In this document: one piece after another, positions 8,040 through 17,849 of the stretch
How the letters are laid out: every line of letters starts with the position of its first letter
How positions within the stretch are numbered: the stretch's first letter is position 1
DNA from: an uncultured bacterium
Lineage (GTDB): Bacteria; Zixibacteria; MSB-5A5; UBA10806
Assembly (NCBI GenBank): GCA_965541585.1
Contig: CBEUCH010000017.1
Location: 1-64,000, forward strand
DNA: 64,000 bases
Reading direction: 5' to 3'
Notes under the pieces: generated by a model
The model's input: the letters and a program-made list of their open reading frames with translations, nothing else
Told to the model about the DNA's origin: nothing
Databases searched by the model: none
Program-made: the position numbers and the translations under genes

Positions 8040-10292
8040 ATGGTAAAAAAACGAATCTATGATCTGGCCAAAGAATACCATGTGTCTTCAAAAGCTATGG
8101 TTGATATTATCAAGGGATTGGGTTTTCCCGTGAAATCTCATTCCTCGTCGATAGATGATCAGATTCTTGAAGGGGTGCAGAAAAAATTCGAAGCGGAAAA
8201 AGAAGAAGTCAAAAAAGAGATAGCTGCGAAAAAGAAAAAATCCGAAGATCGCCATAAAATAGAACATGAGGCGCTTCGCAAGAAACAGGAGGCTGAACGC
8301 AGGATCTTAACGGAACTTCGGAAAACCAAGAAAAAAGAAATAAGGAAAATAGAAAAAAAGACGCTTTTCAGAAGAAAAAAAGACAAACGCAGGAAGAAAA
8401 AAGAACGCGTAGTCGATATAAAAGCCGTTCGCGCCAGTTTCAAGAAAACAATGTCAAACCTCGATATTGTCAAGCGCAAAAGATATAGAAGAGCAGATGG
8501 GAAAACAGGGGAGATTAACGGCGAGGACGCCGATGCGAAAATCCTGAAGGTCACTGAGTTTATGACTCTCTCGGAGCTGGCAGGTTTAATTGAAGTAAAA
8601 CCTGCTGTTCTCGTTGCCAAGTGCATGGAACTGGGTATGATGGCGACCATCAATCAGCGTCTCGATATGGATACGATAGGAACCCTGGCCCTGGAGTTCG
8701 GCTACGGTGTGGAGGAATCCAGGCTGGTGGGAGATGAAGAAAAAGATGTAGATGACGATGCCGACATGGAAGGTCGACCTTCCGTAGTGACAATTATGGG
8801 CCACGTAGATCACGGAAAGACCTCCCTTCTGGATTATATACGAGAGTCAAATATCATAGCCGGCGAGTCGGGCGGCATTACCCAGCATATCGGCGCTTAC
8901 GAAGTTGAGCTTCCAGGCGGCAAGATAACGTTTCTCGATACCCCCGGGCACCAGGCTTTCTCGTCCATGAGGGCGCGCGGCGCTCAAATCACCGATATAG
9001 TCGTATTGGTGGTGGCCGCTGACGACGCGGTGATGCCTCAGACTGTTGAGGCTATCGATCATGCCAGGGCGGCGGGTGTTCCGATCATTGTTGCTGCAAA
9101 TAAAATAGATCTCCCGACAGCCAACGTGGACAAGATAAAAGAGCAGCTCTCCAAACATAATCTCATTCCGGAAGAATGGGGAGGCAAAACCGCAATGATT
9201 GAAATCTCCGCAAAGAATGGTCAGGGAATCGATAAGCTGCTGGAAATAATTCTGCTTCAGGCCGGTGTAATGAATCTTTGCGCCAATCCCAATAAAAAAG
9301 CACGTGGTGTTATTGTAGAGGCTAATCTCGATCGTGGCAAAGGTCCGGTTTGCACTGTCCTCATACAGAAAGGTACGCTCAGGGTCGGAGATTCATTCGT
9401 GACGGGCACTCATTTCGGCAGAGTGCGCGCCCTGCTCAATGAAAGAGAGAATGCCGTAAGCGAAGCGGTTCCGTCGACTCCTGTGAGAATTCTCGGTTCG
9501 GGTGGAGTGCCCCAGGCCGGAGATTCTTTCACGGTGGTTGACGGCGAAAGCGAGGCAAGAGAGGTTGCCCGGAAAAGGCTCAGGCTGAAGCGAGAACGGG
9601 ATCTTCGTCATATCAAGAGATTTACTTTGACCGAAGTATACGACCGAATAAAGGAAGGCCGGATAAGAGATCTGAATCTTATCATCAAGGGCGACGTGGA
9701 CGGTTCGGTCGAAGCGCTTTCCGATTCGCTGGCCGCAATTCAGCATCCCGAGGTAAAAGTGAACGTGATCCATAGAAGCGTCGGTGCCATATCGGAATCA
9801 GATATTCTGCTGGCCGCTGCCTCGCAGGCTATTGTTGTCGGCTTTCATGTCCGCCCGGAATCGAGAGCCGCTGAACTTGCGGTAAAGGAAAAAGTAGACA
9901 TCAGGTTATATAAAATCATTTACGAGGTTGTCTCAGATATCAAGGCAGCACTCGAAGGCCTGCTGACGCCGGAAATTGTCAGGGTAGATATTGCCGAGGC
10001 CGAAGTAAGGCAATTGTTCAAAATACCTGTTCTCGGATTCATCGCGGGAAGTTTTGTGAAGACCGGCAACGTCAAGAGAGGTGCGCTGGCGGAAGTCTAC
10101 CGCAACGATGTTCAGGTAGGGGAAGGAAAGATATCTTCGCTCAGGCGTTTCAAGGATGACGTAAAGGAGGTATCCGCAGGATATGAATGCGGGATCGGGA
10201 TCGAACCGCATCCCGATTTGCAGGAGGGTGATCTCATAAAAGTCTTTGAAGAGGTAGAGCACGCTCGGCGGCTCGAACCGGGCGATGAGTAA
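8040..10292 (+). CDS. infB: Translation initiation factor IF-2
   Basis: GHVDHGKTSLLD, DTPGH, NKID. Confidence 0.97.
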   Translation: MVKKRIYDLAKEYHVSSKAMVDIIKGLGFPVKSHSSSIDDQILEGVQKKFEAEKEEVKKEIAAKKKKSEDRHKIEHEALRKKQEAERRILTELRKTKKKEIRKIEKKTLFRRKKDKRRKKKERVVDIKAVRASFKKTMSNLDIVKRKRYRRADGKTGEINGEDADAKILKVTEFMTLSELAGLIEVKPAVLVAKCMELGMMATINQRLDMDTIGTLALEFGYGVEESRLVGDEEKDVDDDADMEGRPSVVTIMGHVDHGKTSLLDYIRESNIIAGESGGITQHIGAYEVELPGGKITFLDTPGHQAFSSMRARGAQITDIVVLVVAADDAVMPQTVEAIDHARAAGVPIIVAANKIDLPTANVDKIKEQLSKHNLIPEEWGGKTAMIEISAKNGQGIDKLLEIILLQAGVMNLCANPNKKARGVIVEANLDRGKGPVCTVLIQKGTLRVGDSFVTGTHFGRVRALLNERENAVSEAVPSTPVRILGSGGVPQAGDSFTVVDGESEAREVARKRLRLKRERDLRHIKRFTLTEVYDRIKEGRIRDLNLIIKGDVDGSVEALSDSLAAIQHPEVKVNVIHRSVGAISESDILLAAASQAIVVGFHVRPESRAAELAVKEKVDIRLYKIIYEVVSDIKAALEGLLTPEIVRVDIAEAEVRQLFKIPVLGFIAGSFVKTGNVKRGALAEVYRNDVQVGEGKISSLRRFKDDVKEVSAGYECGIGIEPHPDLQEGDLIKVFEEVEHARRLEPGDE

Positions 10293-10574
10293 GTGGTAGT
10301 GGCCGTCTTGAAAATAGTCCTTTCCATACCTCATGCCAATTCCCTCAAGGATAAAAGGCGAGTTATCAAAAGCGTAAAGGATAGACTTCGGAACGGATTT
10401 AATATCTCCGTTGCCGAGATAGGAGATCAGGATGTCTGGCGATCCGCCAAACTGGGAATTGCTGTTGTTTCCGAGGATTCGTCGTACGCGAACGGTGTTT
10501 TATCGAGAGTACAGGATAATGTCGGCAAGCTCAAGAATGCCATCCTGACTCATTGCGAACTGGAGTGGCGTTAA
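10293..10574 (+). CDS. DUF503 (YlxP) family protein
   Basis: SLKDKRRVIKS, FNISVAE; lies between infB and rbfA. Confidence 0.88.
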   Translation: MVVAVLKIVLSIPHANSLKDKRRVIKSVKDRLRNGFNISVAEIGDQDVWRSAKLGIAVVSEDSSYANGVLSRVQDNVGKLKNAILTHCELEWR

Positions 10575-10575
10575 A

Positions 10576-10932
10576 ATGGATTTTTCCAGAGTTGACAGGC
10601 TCCAGAGCCAGATTCTAAAGGATCTGGCCGCCGTCATTGTAGAGGATCTCAAGGACAGTTTACCTTATATGCTGACATTTACCAGGATCGAAATAACGAG
10701 AGATTTAAGATATGCTAAAGTATTCTATTCGGTATTGGGCAAGGAGGGGGCCGTCGAGGATAGCCTCGAATTCCTGAAGCGTCATAACGGTGTAATAAGA
10801 AGAATGCTGGGAAAAAGGATAAGGATGCGGCGCATCCCCGAACTTTTGTTTAAATATGACGACTCTATCGAGCATGTGCTGCGGGTGAACGAACTTCTGA
10901 AGGAATCGAAAAAACGTGAAAATGAAAGTTGA
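10576..10932 (+). CDS. rbfA: Ribosome-binding factor A
   Basis: DLRYAKVFYS, RMRRIPELLFKYDDS. Confidence 0.93.
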   Translation: MDFSRVDRLQSQILKDLAAVIVEDLKDSLPYMLTFTRIEITRDLRYAKVFYSVLGKEGAVEDSLEFLKRHNGVIRRMLGKRIRMRRIPELLFKYDDSIEHVLRVNELLKESKKRENES

Positions 10933-11896
10933 AATAGATCGAATACTCTCGATTATAAATGAAAATGATAAGTTCCTGATAACCTCGCACATGGATCCCG
11001 ACGGAGATTCGATTGGCTCACAGCTGGGATTGTATCGTGCGTTAACAGATGCGGGTAAGGAAGCCGTGATTGTCAACCAGGGAGCCATATCGGATAAATA
11101 CGATTTTCTGGATCCCGAAGGCGTTGTCAAGTGTCGGCCTGAGGACATTGGATTTAAGCCCCGGGTGGTATTCATAATTGAGTGCCCGTCGCTCGAGAGA
11201 ATAGGTTTCGTCCGGGATCTTATCCCCGAATCGGCAACTACAATTAATATAGATCATCACCCCGATAATTCTCAGTATGGCGATATCAACCTGGTTGAGC
11301 CCGAAAGTTCGGCCGCCGGCGAGATCATCTATTCTACGCTGGAAGCGGGTGGATATGAGATTACCCCGGAAATTGCCGGGCAATTGTATGCCGCCATAGC
11401 TGCCGATACCGGCGGATTTCGTTTTGGATCGACGACTGCCAGAGGGATGAAGATCGCCTCCGAACTGATCCGGCGGGGCGCTGATCCCAAATTCATATCC
11501 GACCGCCTCTTCAACAACTTCTCCCCGGAAACGATTCGGCTGATGGGTCGTACTCTCGCCAGCCTGAGCCTCGAGGCAGACGGCAGAATAGGCTATGTGA
11601 TGATCACCCTGGATGATCTTAAAGGATCGGGCGCCGATCTGAAAAACTCGGAGGGATTTGTAGATTTTACCCTGGCGATCTCCGGAATCCTGCTGGGCCT
11701 GTTATTCAAAGAGGTCTCTGATGATGAGGTCAAGGTTTCGGTTCGTTCGCAGAACGGTATGGATGCGGCCGCGTTCGCAAGGATGTTTAATGGGGGAGGT
11801 CACGCTAACGCCGCCGGGTTCAGACTGCACGGGCGACTGGACAGTATCGTCAAGCGCGTTATCTCCAGTGCAAAGGAGTTTGTCGTTGGCAGTTAA
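10922..11896 (+). CDS. nrnA: DHH/DHHA1 oligoribonuclease/PAP phosphatase (NrnA-like)
   Basis: PDGDSIGS, NIDHH, DTGGF, GGGHANAAG. Confidence 0.88.
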   Translation: MKVEIDRILSIINENDKFLITSHMDPDGDSIGSQLGLYRALTDAGKEAVIVNQGAISDKYDFLDPEGVVKCRPEDIGFKPRVVFIIECPSLERIGFVRDLIPESATTINIDHHPDNSQYGDINLVEPESSAAGEIIYSTLEAGGYEITPEIAGQLYAAIAADTGGFRFGSTTARGMKIASELIRRGADPKFISDRLFNNFSPETIRLMGRTLASLSLEADGRIGYVMITLDDLKGSGADLKNSEGFVDFTLAISGILLGLLFKEVSDDEVKVSVRSQNGMDAAAFARMFNGGGHANAAGFRLHGRLDSIVKRVISSAKEFVVGS

Positions 11897-12833
11897 GGAT
11901 GGCATCATGCTCATAGATAAGCCGGCTGGCATGACATCGCATGATGTGGTCGATTTTCTTCGCGGGCAGTTGAAAATCAGACGCGTGGGACATACGGGCA
12001 TTCTCGATCCTAATGCCACGGGATTGATGCTGATGCTTGTGGGTAAAGGAACCAAATTTTCCAGCTTCCTTACGGATTTGCCCAAGAGATACGTCGCCAG
12101 GTTTGTATTCGGAGCTGCGACCGATACGTTTGACGCAGAAGGAAAGATAGCATTCAGGGCCGAACCGGGAGACATGAAGAGAGCCGATTTTGAAAAGATA
12201 TTGCAGGAATTTTCCGGCGAGATTGAGCAAATTGTCCCGCCATTTTCGGCCGCCAAGAGAAATGGGGTGCCGCTATATAAACTGGCGAGAAAAGGCAAGA
12301 CGGTAACTCCCAGCCATAAGATGGTAAGAATCAACAATATTGAAATCGTAGATTTCGATTGGCCGGAGGTAGCCTTGGATATCTCATGCTCTCCGGGAAC
12401 ATATGTTAGGAGTATGGCGCACCAGATGGGGGAGATGTTGGGATGCGGCAGCCACCTCAAGAACCTTCGTCGTCTCGAGGTCGGCCAATTTCACGTGTCG
12501 GCGGCGTTGACGCCGGAAGAAGTCTCCAGAACCGACGTTATATCCCGTTTAATAAAACCTCTCAAAGATGCGCTACCGACGCATCCGGCCATCCATATCA
12601 AACCTCAATATTATGGCGCAGTGCTGAGCGGCCGACCGCTTGTGAAAAAATATATAGCGGAAAGCAATTACTCCGGCGACGGAGATATTCTTTCGATGCT
12701 TCTGGGACCTGACGATAAGGTCTTGGCGCTGGCAAGGCTGAATATGCTCTGGAGGGCAGTTGACAGACTCGGCCCATCCGAAATTATGGGAACTTATGTG
12801 AGGGTGATCGATGAAGGTCATCTCAGGGCTTAG
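11886..12833 (+). CDS. truB: tRNA pseudouridine(55) synthase
   Basis: DKPAGMTSHDVV, GHTGILDP, GTYVRS; TTG start after aaggag. Confidence 0.95.
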   Translation: MAVKDGIMLIDKPAGMTSHDVVDFLRGQLKIRRVGHTGILDPNATGLMLMLVGKGTKFSSFLTDLPKRYVARFVFGAATDTFDAEGKIAFRAEPGDMKRADFEKILQEFSGEIEQIVPPFSAAKRNGVPLYKLARKGKTVTPSHKMVRINNIEIVDFDWPEVALDISCSPGTYVRSMAHQMGEMLGCGSHLKNLRRLEVGQFHVSAALTPEEVSRTDVISRLIKPLKDALPTHPAIHIKPQYYGAVLSGRPLVKKYIAESNYSGDGDILSMLLGPDDKVLALARLNMLWRAVDRLGPSEIMGTYVRVIDEGHLRA

Positions 12834-13737
12834 CCAACTGGAATTAACGAACATCTCCGATGTAGCCGCCACCATAGGCACTTTCGATGGCGTGCATCTG
12901 GGACATAAGAGGATTATCGAGGTGTTGCTGGAGAAGGGCAGGCATATGAATCTCCAATCGGCTCTGGTGACTTTTAACCCCCATCCTCAAATGGTGCTTG
13001 GCAAGAGAGGGCCGACGGAGATATTGACAACACTGGATGAGAAACTCGAGCTTCTACGCGCCACCGGAATTGAGATCGTTATTGTCCTGGATTTCAATCG
13101 CCAACTCGCCTCTTATCCGCCGGAGGATTTCGTTCGGGAAATCTTGATCAAGAGACTCGGTATGAAGGCTCTGGTTATAGGATACGATCACGGATTCGGA
13201 AAGGACCGCGCCGGCGATAGCGCGCTTCTGGAGAAAATGTCAAAAACCGATGGTTTTCATTTCACCGTGGTGCCTGAATTTCGGGCCGACAGTCGGACCG
13301 TGAAATCTACCGTTATCAGAAGAGAGTTGAAATCGGGCGATTACCGGGAGGTCAGGGATATCCTGGGATATGATTATTTGATATCCGGAAAGATAATAAG
13401 AGGTCACGGGGTCGGCAAGACACTCGGCTATCCCACGATCAATCTCGCCGTACCGCCCGTGAAACTCTTGCCGAAAGAAGGAGTTTATGCTGCCCGGGCG
13501 CGGTTCAACGGCAACGAATTCGACGGCATGGCCTATATCGGCGGGCGATTGACTTTTGGCGATCCGGCGCTCTCCGTGGAGATCAATCTTTTCGATTTTT
13601 CCGGTCGAGTCGAATCCGATAAGATCCTTCTGGAGCTAAAAGAGTTTATCAGGCCGCCGGTGAAATTCGAATCGTCCGCAAAACTGGCTGAAAAAATGAA
13701 AAGTGACGAAATGGAAATAAAAAAGAGGTTCGCATAA
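12811..13737 (+). CDS. ribF: Bifunctional riboflavin kinase/FAD synthetase
   Basis: GTFDGVHLGH, GYPTIN. Confidence 0.95.
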   Translation: MKVISGLSQLELTNISDVAATIGTFDGVHLGHKRIIEVLLEKGRHMNLQSALVTFNPHPQMVLGKRGPTEILTTLDEKLELLRATGIEIVIVLDFNRQLASYPPEDFVREILIKRLGMKALVIGYDHGFGKDRAGDSALLEKMSKTDGFHFTVVPEFRADSRTVKSTVIRRELKSGDYREVRDILGYDYLISGKIIRGHGVGKTLGYPTINLAVPPVKLLPKEGVYAARARFNGNEFDGMAYIGGRLTFGDPALSVEINLFDFSGRVESDKILLELKEFIRPPVKFESSAKLAEKMKSDEMEIKKRFA

Positions 13738-13749
13738 GGAGGCAGTCAA

Positions 13750-14019
13750 TTGACTATATCGAAGGACAAGAAGCGAGAATTGATCGATCAATATCGGCTG
13801 CATGATACCGATACTGGTTCTGTCGAGGTACAGGTGGCCCTTCTGACGACAAGGATCGCGGAGTTAACCGGGCACCTGAAATCTCGAGAGAAAGATCTTC
13901 ACTCCCGGTACGGGCTTTTGAAGATGGTTGGAAAACGGCGCCGGCTTCTGGAATATCTAAAGAAGAATGATCTGGAGGCCTACAGAGCTTTGATTGAAAA
14001 CCTCGACCTGAGGAAATAA
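13750..14019 (+). CDS. rpsO: 30S ribosomal protein S15
   Basis: [26 protein letters not shown]. Confidence 0.97.
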   Translation: MTISKDKKRELIDQYRLHDTDTGSVEVQVALLTTRIAELTGHLKSREKDLHSRYGLLKMVGKRRRLLEYLKKNDLEAYRALIENLDLRK

Positions 14020-14045
14020 CAAATCGCATTAGCGGAGGCTATACT

Positions 14046-16172
14046 TTGGAAGTTTTTGAGTTTAAATTAGATGATGGTCGCGTATTGACAATCGAAACAG
14101 GCCGCATGGCAAAACAGGCCGGTGCCTCGACGGTTGTTCGCCTCGGAGACACAATGGTTCTTGCCACGGCTACCAGCGCGCCCTCACAGCAGGAACGCGA
14201 TTTTTTCCCGTTATCGGTTGATTACCGGGAGAGATCATACGCCGCGGGGAAAATCCCGGGCGGATTTTTCAAACGTGAGGGTAGACCCAGCGAAAAAGAG
14301 ATCCTGTCCGCTCGCCTCTGCGATAGACCGTTGAGACCCCTATTTCCTGACGGTTATACCGATGAGGTGCAGATCATGATACAGGTCCTTTCCTCCGACC
14401 AGGAAAACGACGGTGATATCCTGGGAATAATCGGGGCCTCGGCAGCTTTATCGCTCTCTTCAATTCCTTTCTTCTTTCCAATAGGGGCCGTCAGAGTGGG
14501 CAGGATCGACGGCAAGTTTGTGGCTTTCCCACAGTTTTCGGATCTGGAACGATCGGATATGAATATCATCATGGCCGGTACCTCCGAATTTATCAACATG
14601 GTGGAAGGCGGGACCAGGGAAATCAGTGAAAAGGAATTGCTCGATGCTCTGGCTTTCGGGACTGAAAAGATAAAGAAGATCACCGGCGTCATCGAAGAAA
14701 TGAAAACCAGATTGGGTAAGTCCAAAGAAGAAGTTCAAAAAGTGGAATATGATCCGGAACTGATCGCCGCTGCAACTGAAATGTCCGAGGAGAGAATCAA
14801 ACAGGCTAATAGGATAAAAGATAAGGGAGATCGCTCTGAAGCTGTGAGCAATACAAAAACTGAAACGTGCGAGGCTCTATCCGAGAAATTCCCGGAATCT
14901 GATAAGGCGATAAAGGCCATCATTGAAAAAATCGAAAAAGAAGATCTCCGGAATATGATCTTAAACGAGAAGATACGTTCCGATGGCCGCGGTTATGAGG
15001 ACGTTCGGAATATTTCGGCAGAGATCGGAATACTCCCCAGGACTCATGGTTCCTCCCTGTTTACCAGGGGGCAGACACAGGCGCTGGTGGTACTTACACT
15101 GGGGACGAAGATGGATGAGCAGAAGATCGATGATCTTCTCGGTGAATCGTATAAGAGTTTCATGTTGCACTATAACTTCCCGCCGTATTCCGTCGGTGAG
15201 GTAAGGCCGAACCGGGGGCCGGGAAGACGCGAGGTCGGCCACGGAGTGCTGGCAGAGCGGGCTTTAGAACCGATCATACCGGCTGAGGAGAATTTCCCCT
15301 ATACAATAAGAATCGTCTCTGATATTCTGGAATCAAACGGCTCATCGTCTATGGCAACCGTATGCGGAGGCTCCCTCGGCCTGATGGACGCCGGTGTGCC
15401 CATCAAGGCTCCGGTGGCGGGAATTGCCATGGGGCTGATCAAGGAGGGTGACCAGGTCGCCGTCCTGACCGATATACTGGGATTGGAGGATCATCTGGGG
15501 GATATGGATTTCAAAGTAGCAGGCACGGCTGATGGAATAACCGCCTTCCAGATGGATGTAAAGATTTCCGGTCTCACTCTCGATATAATGGCGAAAGCGT
15601 TGGAGCAGGCGCATAAAGCACGCCTTTTAGTAATCGGTAAGATGAATGAAGCGATCTCACAACCTCGTAGCGAGCTCTCGCAATATGCTCCCAGGATTAT
15701 CACTCTCAAGGTGCCCGTTGATAAGATCGGGGACATAATCGGCCCGGGCGGCAAGATCATCAGGGGCATTATCGAAGCCACCGGTGCTAAGATCGATATC
15801 GATGATGACGGCACCGTGATTATCGCTTCCGTGGATCAGGTCGCGGGGGAGGCCGCTCGCGATAAGGTTCTTGAACTTACAGAGGAACCCGAGGTCGGTA
15901 AAATCTATACAGGTAAGGTAAAACGGGTTACTGCCTTCGGGGCATTTATAGGGATTCTACCAAACGTCGACGGCCTTGTGCACATCTCGGAAATCGACAA
16001 TTATCGAATCGCCAGAGTAGAGGATGTCCTTAACGTCGGCGACGAAGTCAAAGTCAAGGTAATCAGTATCGATGAGGAAGGAAAGGTGCGTCTTTCGAGA
16101 AAGGTCCTCCTGCCGAAAACGGGTTATGCAGGAGACCCTAAGTCGGAAAGACAGGACCGTTCACGGAGATAG
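14046..16172 (+). CDS. pnp: Polyribonucleotide nucleotidyltransferase
   Basis: IPGGFFKREGRP, ESNGSSSMA, GDMDFKVAG, KH and S1 domains. Confidence 0.97.
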   Translation: MEVFEFKLDDGRVLTIETGRMAKQAGASTVVRLGDTMVLATATSAPSQQERDFFPLSVDYRERSYAAGKIPGGFFKREGRPSEKEILSARLCDRPLRPLFPDGYTDEVQIMIQVLSSDQENDGDILGIIGASAALSLSSIPFFFPIGAVRVGRIDGKFVAFPQFSDLERSDMNIIMAGTSEFINMVEGGTREISEKELLDALAFGTEKIKKITGVIEEMKTRLGKSKEEVQKVEYDPELIAAATEMSEERIKQANRIKDKGDRSEAVSNTKTETCEALSEKFPESDKAIKAIIEKIEKEDLRNMILNEKIRSDGRGYEDVRNISAEIGILPRTHGSSLFTRGQTQALVVLTLGTKMDEQKIDDLLGESYKSFMLHYNFPPYSVGEVRPNRGPGRREVGHGVLAERALEPIIPAEENFPYTIRIVSDILESNGSSSMATVCGGSLGLMDAGVPIKAPVAGIAMGLIKEGDQVAVLTDILGLEDHLGDMDFKVAGTADGITAFQMDVKISGLTLDIMAKALEQAHKARLLVIGKMNEAISQPRSELSQYAPRIITLKVPVDKIGDIIGPGGKIIRGIIEATGAKIDIDDDGTVIIASVDQVAGEAARDKVLELTEEPEVGKIYTGKVKRVTAFGAFIGILPNVDGLVHISEIDNYRIARVEDVLNVGDEVKVKVISIDEEGKVRLSRKVLLPKTGYAGDPKSERQDRSRR

Positions 16173-16175
16173 TCT

Positions 16176-17444
16176 GTGGTAACTGGGGAATCGGCAATCT
16201 ATAGAAAGACAGTTTTGCCTAATGGTGTCAAGGTTGTAACTGAGACAATACCGTATGTCCGCTCGGTATCGCTCGGTTTATGGGTCGATGTCGGTTCCAG
16301 AGACGAATCGAATCAATCGTCCGGGATCTCCCATTTCATCGAGCACATGGTTTTCAAAGGAACGCGAACGAGAAGCGCATCCGAGATCGCTTCCTATCTC
16401 GAGTCTGTCGGCGGTATGCTTAACGCTTTCACAGGCAGGGAGCAAACCTGTTACTACGCCAAATTTCTCGATGAGCATCTTGGAAAGGCGATGGAGATCT
16501 TATTCGATCTTTTGAATAATCCTCTCTTCAATACTTCCGATATCGTAAAAGAAAAAAAGGTGGTCCTGGAGGAAATCCGCGACATCGAGGATTCCCCCGG
16601 TGATCTGATTCATGATCTGTTTGCCGGCGCCATATTCGGCGATCACCCTCTCGGTCGATCTATATTGGGCAGCAGAGGCACCGTCAAGGACATGAATCGC
16701 TCGAAGGTTCTTCGGTATAGGGGTAAATTCTATCGTCCGGATAGAATAGTGGTCGCAGCCTGCGGGAATCTGCAACATAAACGTCTGGTGCAGCTAACCA
16801 AAAAATATGTCGACCCGAGAATTTTGCCCGGATCTCCCGATGGTCGAAAGAAACCGACATTCAAACCAAATCGAAAAACTTACAGGAGGAAAACCAACCA
16901 GACGCATGTCTGCCTTGGTCTACCGGCCAGGGAGTTCACCCATCGATCGCGAACGTCTTTATTGCTGCTAAACTCGATCCTGGGCGGCGGGATGTCATCG
17001 AGGCTCTTTCAGCGTTTAAGGGAGGACCTTGGCCTGGTTTACAGCGTCTTCTCGTACCTCGATTTCTTTGCAGACAACGGCATTTTTGGCATCTATCTCG
17101 GTACAGATAAAAAAAGTGTCAAGAAGGCGTTGGCGGCCGTAAAAAAGGAAATAGACAATATCACCGGCAGCAAATTTTCCAGGGCGGAAATCGAAAAAGC
17201 TAAAGAACAGCTGAAGGGAAATCTCATGCTGGGATTGGAGAACACCTCCAACAGGATGAACCGTCTGGCCAGGCACGAGCTTCTGGCCAACAGATATATC
17301 AGCCTGGATGAAACGGTTGCGACTATAGACGCGGTCAAGCCTGAAGAGGTGAGCGAAATCGCATCTGAAGTTTTTGGGAATAGTGAATTTTCAGCAGTCA
17401 CTCTTGGCCCGGTAGAAGGCGATATATATTCCGCTCTAGAGTAA
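16176..17444 (+). CDS. M16 (pitrilysin) family zinc peptidase
   Basis: HFIEH inverted zinc motif, LGGGMSSRLFQ. Confidence 0.92.
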   Translation: MVTGESAIYRKTVLPNGVKVVTETIPYVRSVSLGLWVDVGSRDESNQSSGISHFIEHMVFKGTRTRSASEIASYLESVGGMLNAFTGREQTCYYAKFLDEHLGKAMEILFDLLNNPLFNTSDIVKEKKVVLEEIRDIEDSPGDLIHDLFAGAIFGDHPLGRSILGSRGTVKDMNRSKVLRYRGKFYRPDRIVVAACGNLQHKRLVQLTKKYVDPRILPGSPDGRKKPTFKPNRKTYRRKTNQTHVCLGLPAREFTHRSRTSLLLLNSILGGGMSSRLFQRLREDLGLVYSVFSYLDFFADNGIFGIYLGTDKKSVKKALAAVKKEIDNITGSKFSRAEIEKAKEQLKGNLMLGLENTSNRMNRLARHELLANRYISLDETVATIDAVKPEEVSEIASEVFGNSEFSAVTLGPVEGDIYSALE

Positions 17445-17471
17445 ATCAAGTATCCCATAAGGCCATCGAGG

Positions 17472-17837
17472 ATGAACCATCTTTCTTTTAAACGATTCTT
17501 AATCAGAGTGCTGATTACCAGCGCGGCCGTTCTTATAGTGGTCAGGATACTGCCCTGGGCGGAGGTCAGCGGTCCGGGCGCACTGATAGTCACGGCACTG
17601 CTTCTTGGTATATTCAATTCCATTCTCAGGCCACTTCTCATAATTCTCACTCTGCCGATAAATATACTGAGCTTCGGCCTGTTCATATTTATTATCAACG
17701 GGCTGATTCTTTACCTGATCTCAGTCCTGGTGCCGGGATTCGAAATAAGCAGCTTCGGCGCCGCAGTCCTGACATCCATACTTATTTCGATCACCGCCGG
17801 GACGATCAACTGGCTGATACGGGATAAGCGACATTGA
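17472..17837 (+). CDS. YvlD/DUF360 family 4-TM membrane protein
   Basis: ILRPLLIILTLPINILSFGLF signature. Confidence 0.85.
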   Translation: MNHLSFKRFLIRVLITSAAVLIVVRILPWAEVSGPGALIVTALLLGIFNSILRPLLIILTLPINILSFGLFIFIINGLILYLISVLVPGFEISSFGAAVLTSILISITAGTINWLIRDKRH

Positions 17838-17849
17838 AGCGCGAGTTGA

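Noticed and set aside
17472..17837. 'Phage holin' label as evidence for a prophage
   Set aside because: YvlD/DUF360 is a widespread chromosomal family, and no phage genes flank it
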